A DNA stretch of 33,812 nt from Dehalococcoidales bacterium (lineage in GTDB: Bacteria; Chloroflexota; Dehalococcoidia; Dehalococcoidales; GCA-2688105): NCBI GenBank assembly GCA_030640255.1, contig DAOWJS010000006.1, positions 1-33,812 on the forward strand, written 5' to 3'. A program made the translations under genes and the position numbers. The stretch's first letter is position 1. The number at the start of each line of letters is the position of its first letter. Positions 1-6,602 of the stretch are shown here, piece by piece. The notes under the pieces were generated by a model. It searched no databases. It saw only the letters and a list, made by a program, of their open reading frames with translations, and was not told the DNA's origin.

Positions 1-180
1 CATAAGGTCGTGTAAAAAGTCCTCTCTATCCTCTCTCTTGACCTTGTGGACAAAGTATCGGGCTATCCTATAATAGGTAAGCCAGTCGCCAGTAAGCTGG
101 TCGTAACCGTTATTGTGGTAACCATTACCATTGTCTTGATACTGGTCAATAACCGTGTTATACTCGCCTATGTCTAGCAT
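1..180 (-). CDS. hypothetical protein, first 60 codons only (gene runs off the left edge)
   Basis: Unbroken minus-strand frame from ATG at 180-178 to the window edge (MLDIGEYNTVIDQYQDNGNGYHNNGYDQLTGDWLTYYRIARYFVHKVKREDREDFLHDLM...). All + frames carry stops. It is absent from the ORF track, probably because it is cut by the window edge. The REDREDFLHDLM end faintly resembles the start of sigma-70 region 2 but is too short to call. Confidence 0.35.
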   Translation of the reverse strand, partial: MLDIGEYNTVIDQYQDNGNGYHNNGYDQLTGDWLTYYRIARYFVHKVKREDREDFLHDLM

Positions 181-207
181 TGTGAGTTGACCTCCAGTGC
201 CTAGATT

Positions 208-247
208 TGCCCTAGCTTGGCTAATCACTGGCTAGGGCATTTTATTT
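208..247 (+). other. perfect hairpin TGCCCTAGC-N14-GCTAGGGCA followed by TTTTATTT; either a +-strand terminator-like element or an operator upstream of the minus-strand gene at 1-180
   Basis: 9-bp perfect inverted repeat at 208-216 / 231-239 with a T-run at 240-247. A further CCCTAG half-site lies at 249-254. No + strand gene lies upstream, so function is ambiguous. Confidence 0.4.
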
Positions 248-316
248 ACCCTAGACTAGGCAAGCGTTCAGGTTTGGCTTTTACCGATATTCAATTGTTA
301 AGGTGCTAGGAATATC

Positions 317-325
317 TGCTATAAT
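317..325 (+). promoter_or_regulatory. candidate extended -10 promoter (TGcTATAAT) facing the ORF-poor block
   Basis: TGCTATAAT at 317-325 is a perfect TGnTATAAT match. A TTGTTA lies at 295-300, but the 19-nt spacing is poor. The predicted start near 331-333 would transcribe 330-850 on the + strand. Confidence 0.35.
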
Positions 326-329
326 AAGT

Positions 330-464
330 ATGCTTTACAAAAGAGCCTTTAGAAAAGAAAAAGAAGTAGTTACTTTTTTGATAAAAGATAAAATGCTAAA
401 ATCAGCTTGGAACTTGAGAATTGAGCCTCGCCCCTACCAAAGCGACGCAACTGATTGGGCTTGA
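330..464 (+). CDS. possible 44-aa leaderless small ORF (very uncertain)
   Basis: ATG at 330 to TGA at 462-464 (MLYKRAFRKEKEVVTFLIKDKMLKSAWNLRIEPRPYQSDATDWA). There is no SD and it starts only 4-5 nt after the -10. No domain was recognised. It is below the ORF-track length cut-off. Confidence 0.15.
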   Translation: MLYKRAFRKEKEVVTFLIKDKMLKSAWNLRIEPRPYQSDATDWA

Positions 465-758
465 GCACAGAGGCAGGCAGTCTGATTGTCGGGGCAGTCT
501 AAACTCCCCAGCCAGATTATGGCACCTCACCGGAACCCGTCAGGTCTATTCTAGCCCAAGCCGCAGACTCACTGGCCCTCGGGAAATAGAATACAAGCCA
601 ATTTGTGCAGCAGTTAACCAAAACCCCATTATATATAAATATCCCATTCAAAAGCCCGGAAAGGGAGCTAAAAATTGATTCTAGGGCTTGAGAGCAAGGC
701 TTGTGCAGGAGCCGCCGTGCTAACAAACGCCTTGGCAAAGGAAGGAGCCTTGCCAGTG

Positions 759-786
759 TAGTCCAAGTTAGTCCAGCCCAGTCCAA
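759..786 (+). repeat. three helically phased (10-bp spacing) direct repeats of (T/C)AGTCCA
   Basis: tAGTCCAag ttAGTCCAgc ccAGTCCAac at 760, 770 and 780. Related AGTCTG/AGTCTA hexamers occur at 480, 496 and (inverted) 564. Confidence 0.5.
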
Positions 787-850
787 CCGATTTCATGTGT
801 CCCACATTCCCCCTGTTTAGGCAAATGTCAAACTTCCCTAATTTTCCCAT

Positions 851-1027
851 TTAGGTAGTTATCAAATTACCTAAAGATGGTATTACCTGAATTTTACCTG
901 CAGGTAGTTACCTAATTACCTTACCTAAATACCACCGCAGGTAATTACCTGAACTACCTTACCTAAATTACCTGCAGGTAGTTACCTAAAAAATTTACCA
1001 GAACTATTTACCAAATACCTAGGTAAT
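851..1027. repeat. dense array of TACCT/AGGTA half-sites forming five palindromes and a 21-bp direct repeat; candidate recombinase/replication/partition protein binding array
   Basis: Five palindromes: TTAGGTA-N10-TACCTAA (851-874), TACCTGCAGGTA (895-906), CAGGTAATTACCTG (938-951), TACCTGCAGGTA (969-980) and TACCTAGGTA (1016-1025). TTACCTGCAGGTAGTTACCTA is repeated exactly at 894-914 and 968-988, 74 bp apart. At least 12 TTACCT copies occur in ~180 bp. Confidence 0.8.
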
Positions 1028-1294
1028 TAACCAGCATCTTGGCTGAATAAAAGAGGAGGGGTTAGTATTAGAGTATGAAGTCAGGAACCAAGGTCTATAT
1101 CGCTCGCGAGGGTGGAGGCTAATGACCTCAGCAGGCTAGGCTTGTCCCGACCCGCCCAAGAAGCTTTCCAGATTACCACCATTAATATTCGTAGGAGCAT
1201 GGGGTGGCTTATGGTGGCTCTAGTTAGGAGGTAGCATTCTATTGTTGGGCATGTGTGTCGTTATACGCTTCAACTGTCCTATCACCGAAGATTG

Positions 1295-1741
1295 TCAACC
1301 AAACTCAGGGTGGGCTGCCCTCACCGGGTCTTGCCATCCGACCTCCTCAGCTTTCCCTTTGTCAGTCAGGCGATAGAACACGCGCTGCTCCAGGAAGTCG
1401 TAGATGGCCGGCTCCCGCCTATCTGTCGGTTCCACCAGGCCAAGCAGCTTGAACCAGTGAAAGTAGCGCGAAAACGAACTGTAGTTTGGCCTTTTGTAGG
1501 CTCTTTCCCCTATCTCAATTCTTTCTTCGTTTAGGTGTGCTATCTCGTCACTAAGAGCACGGTAGATGTCGGCAGCACAGGCCTCACCGTGCTCGACAAA
1601 ATACAGTTTTGTGAAAAGGCCAGGCCTATACAGACTGGCGCCTCTTCCCCAGGGGACAGCTATGCGCAGAGGATTCTGGTGTTGTTTTTCCTTTTTAGGC
1701 TCTTTCTTTGCCCTTGTAATCTTTGGTCTCTGTCGTCTCAT
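1295..1741 (-). CDS. winged-helix-like DNA-binding protein with Lys/Arg-rich N-terminal tail
   Basis: ORF 1295-1774, with starts possible at ATG 1741 or 1774. Both overlap the 3' end of the upstream recombinase gene. The tail RRQRPKITRAKKEPKKEKQ is followed by an HTH-plus-wing pattern (ADIYRALSDEI...SSFSRYFHWFKLLGLVE...RVFYRLTDKG). The family was not identified. Confidence 0.55.
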   Translation of the reverse strand: MRRQRPKITRAKKEPKKEKQHQNPLRIAVPWGRGASLYRPGLFTKLYFVEHGEACAADIYRALSDEIAHLNEERIEIGERAYKRPNYSSFSRYFHWFKLLGLVEPTDRREPAIYDFLEQRVFYRLTDKGKAEEVGWQDPVRAAHPEFG

Positions 1742-2447
1742 CTTCTTTGTTTTGCCACAGTTTCTCGTATTCACATCTCAGTTGCTCGAGGTTAGAATCG
1801 ACATATTCCATAGTCGTAGATATGCTGGCGTGGCCAAGCAGCACTTGGAGTTTCTTTGTATCGAGACCTTGGCTTACCCACATCGTAGCCAGCAAATGGC
1901 GCAGACTGTGAGGATGTAGTCCCTTTATCCCTATCCGCCGGCCGAGCTTCTCAACCAGTTGCCAGCCGCGTTGGCGAGTGAATGGAAATACTAGCGGCCC
2001 GCGATAAGGAAATTTACGCCGCCATTGCAGATATTCATGTAGCAGTCGTAAAGTATAACGGTCAACAGGTATCGTTCGCTGTCGCCGTTGCTTGACCTTC
2101 TCGCGTAGAGCCTGGTCTACCTTATTCCCACAACCTGGGCAGAAGAGATGCCGTTTACCTAAAATCTCGCCACAGTTGGGGCATTTCAGTTTCAACCGCT
2201 CTTTCAAGCGTACAATGGTTAAAGTTCCCCTTTTAGAGTCAATGTCACCTTCCTTCAGTTGGATGGCTTCAGAAATGCGTATCCCGTCCCTCGCTAGTAC
2301 GGCAATAAAAGCCTTATCCCTGGGGTTGAGGGCGGCGGCGATGAGCCTCTTCTGCAGCTGCTCAAGCTCAAAGTATCCTTTTAGGTCGCGTATCGAAGTA
2401 ACCTGTGTCATCCAATTAACCTCGTCCTTGCTCTTCAGTGGTTTCAC
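1695..2447 (-). CDS. tyrosine recombinase (Rec1), catalytic domain only, with internal 4-Cys zinc ribbon
   Basis: Motifs present: DGIRISEA (Arg I), HPHSLRHLLAT (HxxR), LLGHASISTTMEYV (His, Tyr). Insert is CPNCGEILGKRHLFCPGCGNKV. The likely start is ATG 2411 (GAGG 8 nt upstream) rather than GTG 2447. Confidence 0.85.
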   Translation of the reverse strand: MKPLKSKDEVNWMTQVTSIRDLKGYFELEQLQKRLIAAALNPRDKAFIAVLARDGIRISEAIQLKEGDIDSKRGTLTIVRLKERLKLKCPNCGEILGKRHLFCPGCGNKVDQALREKVKQRRQRTIPVDRYTLRLLHEYLQWRRKFPYRGPLVFPFTRQRGWQLVEKLGRRIGIKGLHPHSLRHLLATMWVSQGLDTKKLQVLLGHASISTTMEYVDSNLEQLRCEYEKLWQNKEDETTETKDYKGKERA

Positions 2448-2568
2448 CAGATGTTTTATACAGCATTAGGCGAATACAGTGGGGAGATATCAGTTGGCCG
2501 GCTCTCCCCTTTCTATCTTCTACGTCTACCAAAACCTCGGCCTCCGCATTGCCTTCGTGACTGGCTCA

Positions 2569-3339
2569 TTACACCTTTACTTTGACACTAAACGGTAAAA
2601 ATTGTGTGTTATTGTGACTATGCAGACACCACAGCCTGTTATACCATTGACGGTGCTCTTCCCCGGCAACCTTTCGGTATCTGGCTGTGGTATTAAAGCT
2701 GGCATGTCCTAGATGCTCCTGAAGCAACCTGAGCCCATCACCGGAATCATCCACCTTCATCGCATGAACGCTGAAGGCATCCCTGAGGCGATGAGGACTG
2801 ACACCCCTTAGCCTCCCCGTTTCAGGGTTAACCAGGGATGGCAGCCCAGCCCGTCTGGCACAGTCCCTTACTATCTGCCACGCACGGTGTCGGTTGAGAC
2901 TGAAGAGGGGCGACTTGCTATCGCTTGAGCTCAGTTCATGGATATAGCACTTGATCATCTCAAGGGTGATTTCGTCAACAGGCAACACCCTGATGCGTCT
3001 TCTTTCCTGCTGACTTCGTATAGTCGCACTGACCTTAACCCCGCATCCGGGGCAGAACTGATGCTGACTGCCCAACCGCGTTTTACAGCTGGGGCAGCAG
3101 AGCTTTAAGCTTCTCTTTAGATGTAGGATTGTGATGGTGTTTTGCTGGAAATCTACGTCCTCTACTTTAAGGGCAAGTACTTCCGATATCCGGCACCCCA
3201 GACGGGAAAGCAGTCTGATGAGTAGCCTATCTCTCCGAGAACCTGCAACTCCCTCCATCAGTTCTATATCAGCCAATTCAAGATACGCTTTCATTTGTGG
3301 GCACTTCCAGAGAATTCTTGATTCGGCGCTTAGCCTCAA
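2569..3339 (-). CDS. tyrosine recombinase (Rec2), catalytic domain only, with internal 4-Cys zinc ribbon
   Basis: Motifs present: LGCRISEV, SPHRLRDAFS, HLGHASFNTTARYRKV. Insert is CCPSCKTRLGSQHQFCPGCGVKV. The TTG at 3339 is doubtful; ATG 3294 (MKAYLELADIEL...) is the more likely start. Confidence 0.85.
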   Translation of the reverse strand: MRLSAESRILWKCPQMKAYLELADIELMEGVAGSRRDRLLIRLLSRLGCRISEVLALKVEDVDFQQNTITILHLKRSLKLCCPSCKTRLGSQHQFCPGCGVKVSATIRSQQERRRIRVLPVDEITLEMIKCYIHELSSSDSKSPLFSLNRHRAWQIVRDCARRAGLPSLVNPETGRLRGVSPHRLRDAFSVHAMKVDDSGDGLRLLQEHLGHASFNTTARYRKVAGEEHRQWYNRLWCLHSHNNTQFLPFSVKVKV

Positions 3340-3484
3340 GGTATCTTCGCTTCATGGTATCCCGGCTAACATATTCGCTGGTCAACTCGCGATATACTTC
3401 GGCCATCTTCGACCAGCCGAGATTCTGGCCATCACGCAAGCGCAAAACTATAGCAAAATCCACAGAGAGTCTTGGCCTACCCAT
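3278..3484 (-). CDS. small resolvase/Hin-type helix-turn-helix protein
   Basis: MGRPRLSVDFAIVLRLRDGQNLGWSKMAEVYRELTSEYVSRDTMKRRY matches the GRPR...G.S...IA....VSR.T..RR pattern of HTH_7-like domains. Its ATG overlaps the Rec3 stop by 8 nt (ATGGGTAG), suggesting translational coupling. Confidence 0.6.
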   Translation of the reverse strand: MGRPRLSVDFAIVLRLRDGQNLGWSKMAEVYRELTSEYVSRDTMKRRYLEAKRRIKNSLEVPTNESVS

Positions 3485-4208
3485 TTCTATCCTTTCGGTG
3501 ATGACGACCGGTTTTGCTTAATATTTGGTCTATCCTGTAACCTCTCAGCTTTCTTATACCCATTTGGTCAACCGGGGATAGCGTCTTACCATTTATCAAA
3601 GCCTGACTCGAAGCGTAGTGCACATACCGACGCACCATTTCGAGGTTATTGTGGCCCAGTATCTGTTGTAATCGGAAAACATCTCCGCAGTTGTGGATGA
3701 GGTAATTGGTGGCAAAGGTGTGACGACACAAATGAGCGTGTAATCTTGGTACGCCCGCCTTCTTGCCCCAGCGTCTAATCAATAATTTGACTGCGTTGGC
3801 TCGCAACGGTTTACCATCGAGGGTGAGGAGGAGATAGTTATCGGCTTTGACCAGGGGTTCAGGACGAAAGTGAATAATATCCCGCCAGAGCATCTTCTGT
3901 GCCGATGCGCCAATAGGTACTATTCTCTCCTTACCTCCCTTGCTCATGACTTTCAAATAGCCTTGCTCAACATGGGCATCTTCGAAACGCAAACCACAAA
4001 GCTCACTGAGTCTGACCCCAGTATCGAGCATGACTATCAGGATAGCTATATCACGGCAGCCAATAGCAGTTAATGGATTTTGACAGTCAACTAGCTGGTC
4101 TAAATGTTCCTTCAGGAGCTGTGGAATTTCGTCAGAGAATGGGTGGCTTGACGAAAGGTCATTGTGAGTGCTATCGTTATTCATAGGAGCTACTCTCTTC
4201 GGCGCCAC
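3477..4208 (-). CDS. tyrosine recombinase (Rec3), canonical catalytic domain, no N-terminal core-binding domain
   Basis: Motifs present: TGVRLSEL, SKGGKERIVPI (Lys hairpin), HLCRHTFAT, ILGHNNLEMVRRYVHY. Only ~25 aa precede the catalytic domain. The start is GTG 4208 or ATG 4184. Confidence 0.88.
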   Translation of the reverse strand: MAPKRVAPMNNDSTHNDLSSSHPFSDEIPQLLKEHLDQLVDCQNPLTAIGCRDIAILIVMLDTGVRLSELCGLRFEDAHVEQGYLKVMSKGGKERIVPIGASAQKMLWRDIIHFRPEPLVKADNYLLLTLDGKPLRANAVKLLIRRWGKKAGVPRLHAHLCRHTFATNYLIHNCGDVFRLQQILGHNNLEMVRRYVHYASSQALINGKTLSPVDQMGIRKLRGYRIDQILSKTGRHHRKDRNG

Positions 4209-4419
4209 CAGTTAGAGCATCTTCCGCGGGAGCTTGACAGGGTGGCTTTCCTTTTTCAGCATTCGCTGGGTTCCCTTTTGATCGCAAGGCATCCCTCGCT
4301 GCCGCCTTCAGCAGAATGTCGATGACGCGGGAGAGCCTCGCACTACCATCAGGAGTAGCGACATGACGTATGCTTACCACTAGGCGTTTTTGATTTTGCT
4401 TACCTTGCTTTTTAGGCAC
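4177..4419 (-). CDS. small basic hypothetical protein upstream of the recombinases
   Basis: GTG start at 4419 preceded by GGAGAGGTAAGGCGGA. N-terminus is MPKKQGKQNQKR, followed by VVSIRHVATPDGSARLSRVIDILLKAAARDA and a low-complexity C-terminus. It overlaps the Rec3 start. No family was recognised. Confidence 0.4.
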   Translation of the reverse strand: MPKKQGKQNQKRLVVSIRHVATPDGSARLSRVIDILLKAAARDALRSKGNPANAEKGKPPCQAPAEDALTGGAEESSSYE

Positions 4420-4517
4420 TCCGCCTTACCTCTCCATTGCCGACCACCAGCTCACAACCTCGGCCAGCCTCACCACCGAAAGGAGCGGGGCGGCGATAAG
4501 TCATTCTAACTGTTAGT

Positions 4518-4706
4518 TTATTTGCCGATTTCCGCTTTGCCATCGCCTTGTCTTTTCAACGGGCGGATGGTTAGTTCGCCGTCCGCAATCATCTCCAGCC
4601 TGTCGCCTGCCCTCAGCCCATAGTATTCCGCCCAGCCCTTGGGGACTGTTACTACGAGCCCACCCTTGCCCATCCTTATCAGACTTCTGCGTAGTAAGGT
4701 CGGCAT
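4518..4706 (-). CDS. AbrB/SpoVT (MazE-like) swapped-hairpin DNA-binding protein
   Basis: GLVVTVPKGWAEYYGLRAGDRLEMIADGELTIRP is the typical SpoVT-AbrB pattern. ATG at 4706 has GAGGTGA 5-6 nt upstream; the track ORF extends to GTG 4715. Confidence 0.75.
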   Translation of the reverse strand: MPTLLRRSLIRMGKGGLVVTVPKGWAEYYGLRAGDRLEMIADGELTIRPLKRQGDGKAEIGK

Positions 4707-4775
4707 ATAACTCACCTCTTGCCTGTTTCTATGAACAATGCTAGACTAAGCTCAAAAGACAGAACAGAGGGAGTT

Positions 4776-5438
4776 ATGTCCATATCTGACGTATTGAGGA
4801 GAGGCATTGCTCTCACGCCTTTAGAGGTCCAGGTCTTTGAGAGCGAGTACATTCGGAAAGTTCAGGAATATCCTTCTGTCGCTGCGAGGTGCGGCGGATA
4901 CTTACTCAAGGTTTACGAGCGCATAAGAAAGATAGAGCAAAACTGCAACGTATGGCGTCAAGGTCATGTCGTCTTGTTACGAATGGCTTTGGACTTGGAT
5001 GAGAACTCCCTTGATAAGATACTTCAAAGCAGCCATTTGTGGCTTAGCGCAGTGAACTTTGGACAAGCAGGGGCTCCGTTCGTGAACCGCTACTTCATAG
5101 CTATCAAGCTCCTGATAGGGGTGCCAGAGAGGGTCGTCGTGGCAGAGGAGGTCAGGCGTCACCTGGACGTGACCCGCCTGTGGCACTGCCGGGTCTGTGG
5201 GTATGAGTGGGAGAGCAGGGGACAAGCGATTTGCCCCAGATGTGAAAGCAAGGATGCGAAAAACCTCCCAATTGGAGCGAAGGAGATAAAGCAGGCCGAG
5301 GTAGCTGCCCACAAGAGGGTTCAACGGGCGAGAGACTTAGCCAAGATTCTGTGCTTGTACTTTATTCGCGGTTTTGTCAAAGAGGTCACCGAAAAAGCGG
5401 TGCCCGCTGATGCTTCATGCTGGGTCAGAGTCAAATGA
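4776..5438 (+). CDS. hypothetical protein with C-terminal CxxC...CxxC zinc ribbon
   Basis: ORF 4719-5438. Candidate starts are ATG 4776 (GAGGGAG just upstream) or ATG 4731. The ribbon is CRVCGYEWESRGQAICPRCES. It is divergent from the AbrB gene with a ~70-nt shared control region. No known domain was recognised in the N-terminal 140 aa. Confidence 0.5.
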   Translation: MSISDVLRRGIALTPLEVQVFESEYIRKVQEYPSVAARCGGYLLKVYERIRKIEQNCNVWRQGHVVLLRMALDLDENSLDKILQSSHLWLSAVNFGQAGAPFVNRYFIAIKLLIGVPERVVVAEEVRRHLDVTRLWHCRVCGYEWESRGQAICPRCESKDAKNLPIGAKEIKQAEVAAHKRVQRARDLAKILCLYFIRGFVKEVTEKAVPADASCWVRVK

Positions 5439-5533
5439 GCAACCTAGACAAGCGGCTCGGGAAATAAGCTGGTTGGGCGGCGTGATGTCTCTCATTGCAA
5501 GTGAACCAAGCGTTGCCTCTAACTAAATCGTGA

Positions 5534-6367
5534 ATGGAGTCTAGGAGGTCTGACATAGTAGAAAGCGCTGGCAAAGACCTACCTCAAGAAGAGCAGTTTA
5601 TTCAACGAATCAAATCGCTGAGGTCGGAGGATGTTAACCATATGGGAGCCATCATAGGGCAAGCCGGAATAGGCAAACTGAGGCGAACCGACCGCTACTA
5701 TCCATTGAGATTCCTTGCGGACGGTATCGATGCCTATAGGTATGGTTTTGACAATGCGGTTGTTTTCTATGCGGGAACGGCTTTGGAACTAGCGTTACTG
5801 GCTTTGTTGCGAGACATAATAAAGCAAGAACGGCAGCGAAACCCCAAGCTTCATGTGGATTTCAAATGGCTAATAGACCACTCTGGAAACCTGCTGGACG
5901 AGGCGGGAACGAATCTGTGCCACAAAGTTCGGATAATGAGGAATTGTTACATTCACTATGAGAACATAGTGGCTCATATTGCTTGGATGCAAGAGGTCGA
6001 TTGGCCCGAAAAGAGGGAAGAGGAGAAGGCAAAGCTTGGAAATGACCCCGAAGCAGTAAAATTCATTGACTCGCTTACTCAATTAATGGATGACCTGTAT
6101 AGCAGAGAGGGAATGTTGCCAATTCGCTTTGAACATCTGGAAACAAATAGGGAAGTAATGTCGTTTATTGAAAATCGATACAAGCAGTATATGAACTGGC
6201 TACCCCAGGCTTGGTCTTCCAAGAAGCGAGAACTCACCAGAGAAGAGTTCGATAACATCTATAGCATTGAGGCTTTTGACGCTCTGCATTGCATAACTTG
6301 GGTTTCCGAAGTCATTAGGAAACTGAATCTTATCTCCTTTTCTGGTCAGCCAGTACTGCTAGAGTGA
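5534..6367 (+). CDS. HEPN-domain (DUF4145-like, RNxxxH) protein, possible RNase toxin / abortive-infection effector
   Basis: A helical segment AVVFYAGTALELALLALLRD is followed ~45 aa later by KVRIMRNCYIHY, with R136-N-x3-H141 encoded at 5939-5956. This matches the Rx4-6H HEPN signature in its usual context. The ~130-aa C-terminus is unassigned. An alternative start is ATG 5642. Confidence 0.55.
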   Translation: MESRRSDIVESAGKDLPQEEQFIQRIKSLRSEDVNHMGAIIGQAGIGKLRRTDRYYPLRFLADGIDAYRYGFDNAVVFYAGTALELALLALLRDIIKQERQRNPKLHVDFKWLIDHSGNLLDEAGTNLCHKVRIMRNCYIHYENIVAHIAWMQEVDWPEKREEEKAKLGNDPEAVKFIDSLTQLMDDLYSREGMLPIRFEHLETNREVMSFIENRYKQYMNWLPQAWSSKKRELTREEFDNIYSIEAFDALHCITWVSEVIRKLNLISFSGQPVLLE

Positions 6368-6602
6368 ACGGAATGTTGTGATTATTGATTGTTGCAGGCC
6401 GACGCCTTCACTCTAATAACAAATGCCACCAACTGTAACTGACGAGGAAGTTCTCTAGGTAGTGTCACCTTCTGCTCTCATGAGGTCAGTCCAGAAACCG
6501 GTTAAGCTCTAAACGCTACGTCGCCTTGATTGTTTAGCGAGGGGTTTTATTAGGACAAGGCGAAGAGATTCTGGAATCTGTAAGGGTGTATCAATTGCAT
6601 CC

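Larger units (their letters stand above)
750..6500. mobile_element. candidate integrative/mobile element (recombinase trio plus accessory DNA binders plus HEPN cargo); boundaries tentative
   Basis: Three tyrosine recombinase genes and site-like repeat arrays lie on the left. TAGGTAGT (852-859 and 6456-6463) and CAGTCCA (779-785 and 6487-6493) recur near both proposed ends. The cargo is typical of islands (AbrB, HEPN). The left end may lie outside the window. Confidence 0.35.

Noticed and set aside
421-438. GAGCCTCGCCCCTACCA looks like the 3' acceptor end (…NCCA) of a tRNA or tmRNA and could be an att-site remnant.
   Set aside because: No T-arm can be folded from the preceding nucleotides, no matching 5' acceptor strand lies upstream, and I found no second copy elsewhere in the window. 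It is too short to distinguish from chance.
421-850. Tested the ORF-poor block by eye against tmRNA, RNase P RNA, SRP/4.5S RNA, 6S RNA and group II intron domain V.
   Set aside because: The hallmark motifs are absent on both strands: the GGTTCGAATCC-type T-loop with a CCA end, GGAAAGTCCGGGC, the SRP GGAA/AGCA tetraloop helix, and the domain V consensus.
851-1027. Considered whether the repeat array is a CRISPR array.
   Set aside because: The repeat units are 6-21 bp and partly palindromic, without regular 25-40 bp repeats separated by unique spacers, and no cas genes are present. The PD-(D/E)XK Cas4-like gene is 24 kb away and solitary.
1075-1122. 15-codon mini-ORF (MKSGTKVYIAREGGG) behind AAGAGGAGGGG.
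   Set aside because: It is too short, the SD spacing is ~14 nt, and nothing is recognisable. Noted only because of the strong SD-like sequence.
2092-3700. + strand ORFs 2092-2469 and 3131-3700 (and 1253-1919, 3297-3521, 3870-4073) across the recombinase genes.
   Set aside because: They are antisense to genes with clear recombinase motifs, have low-complexity or unrecognisable translations, and lack an RBS.
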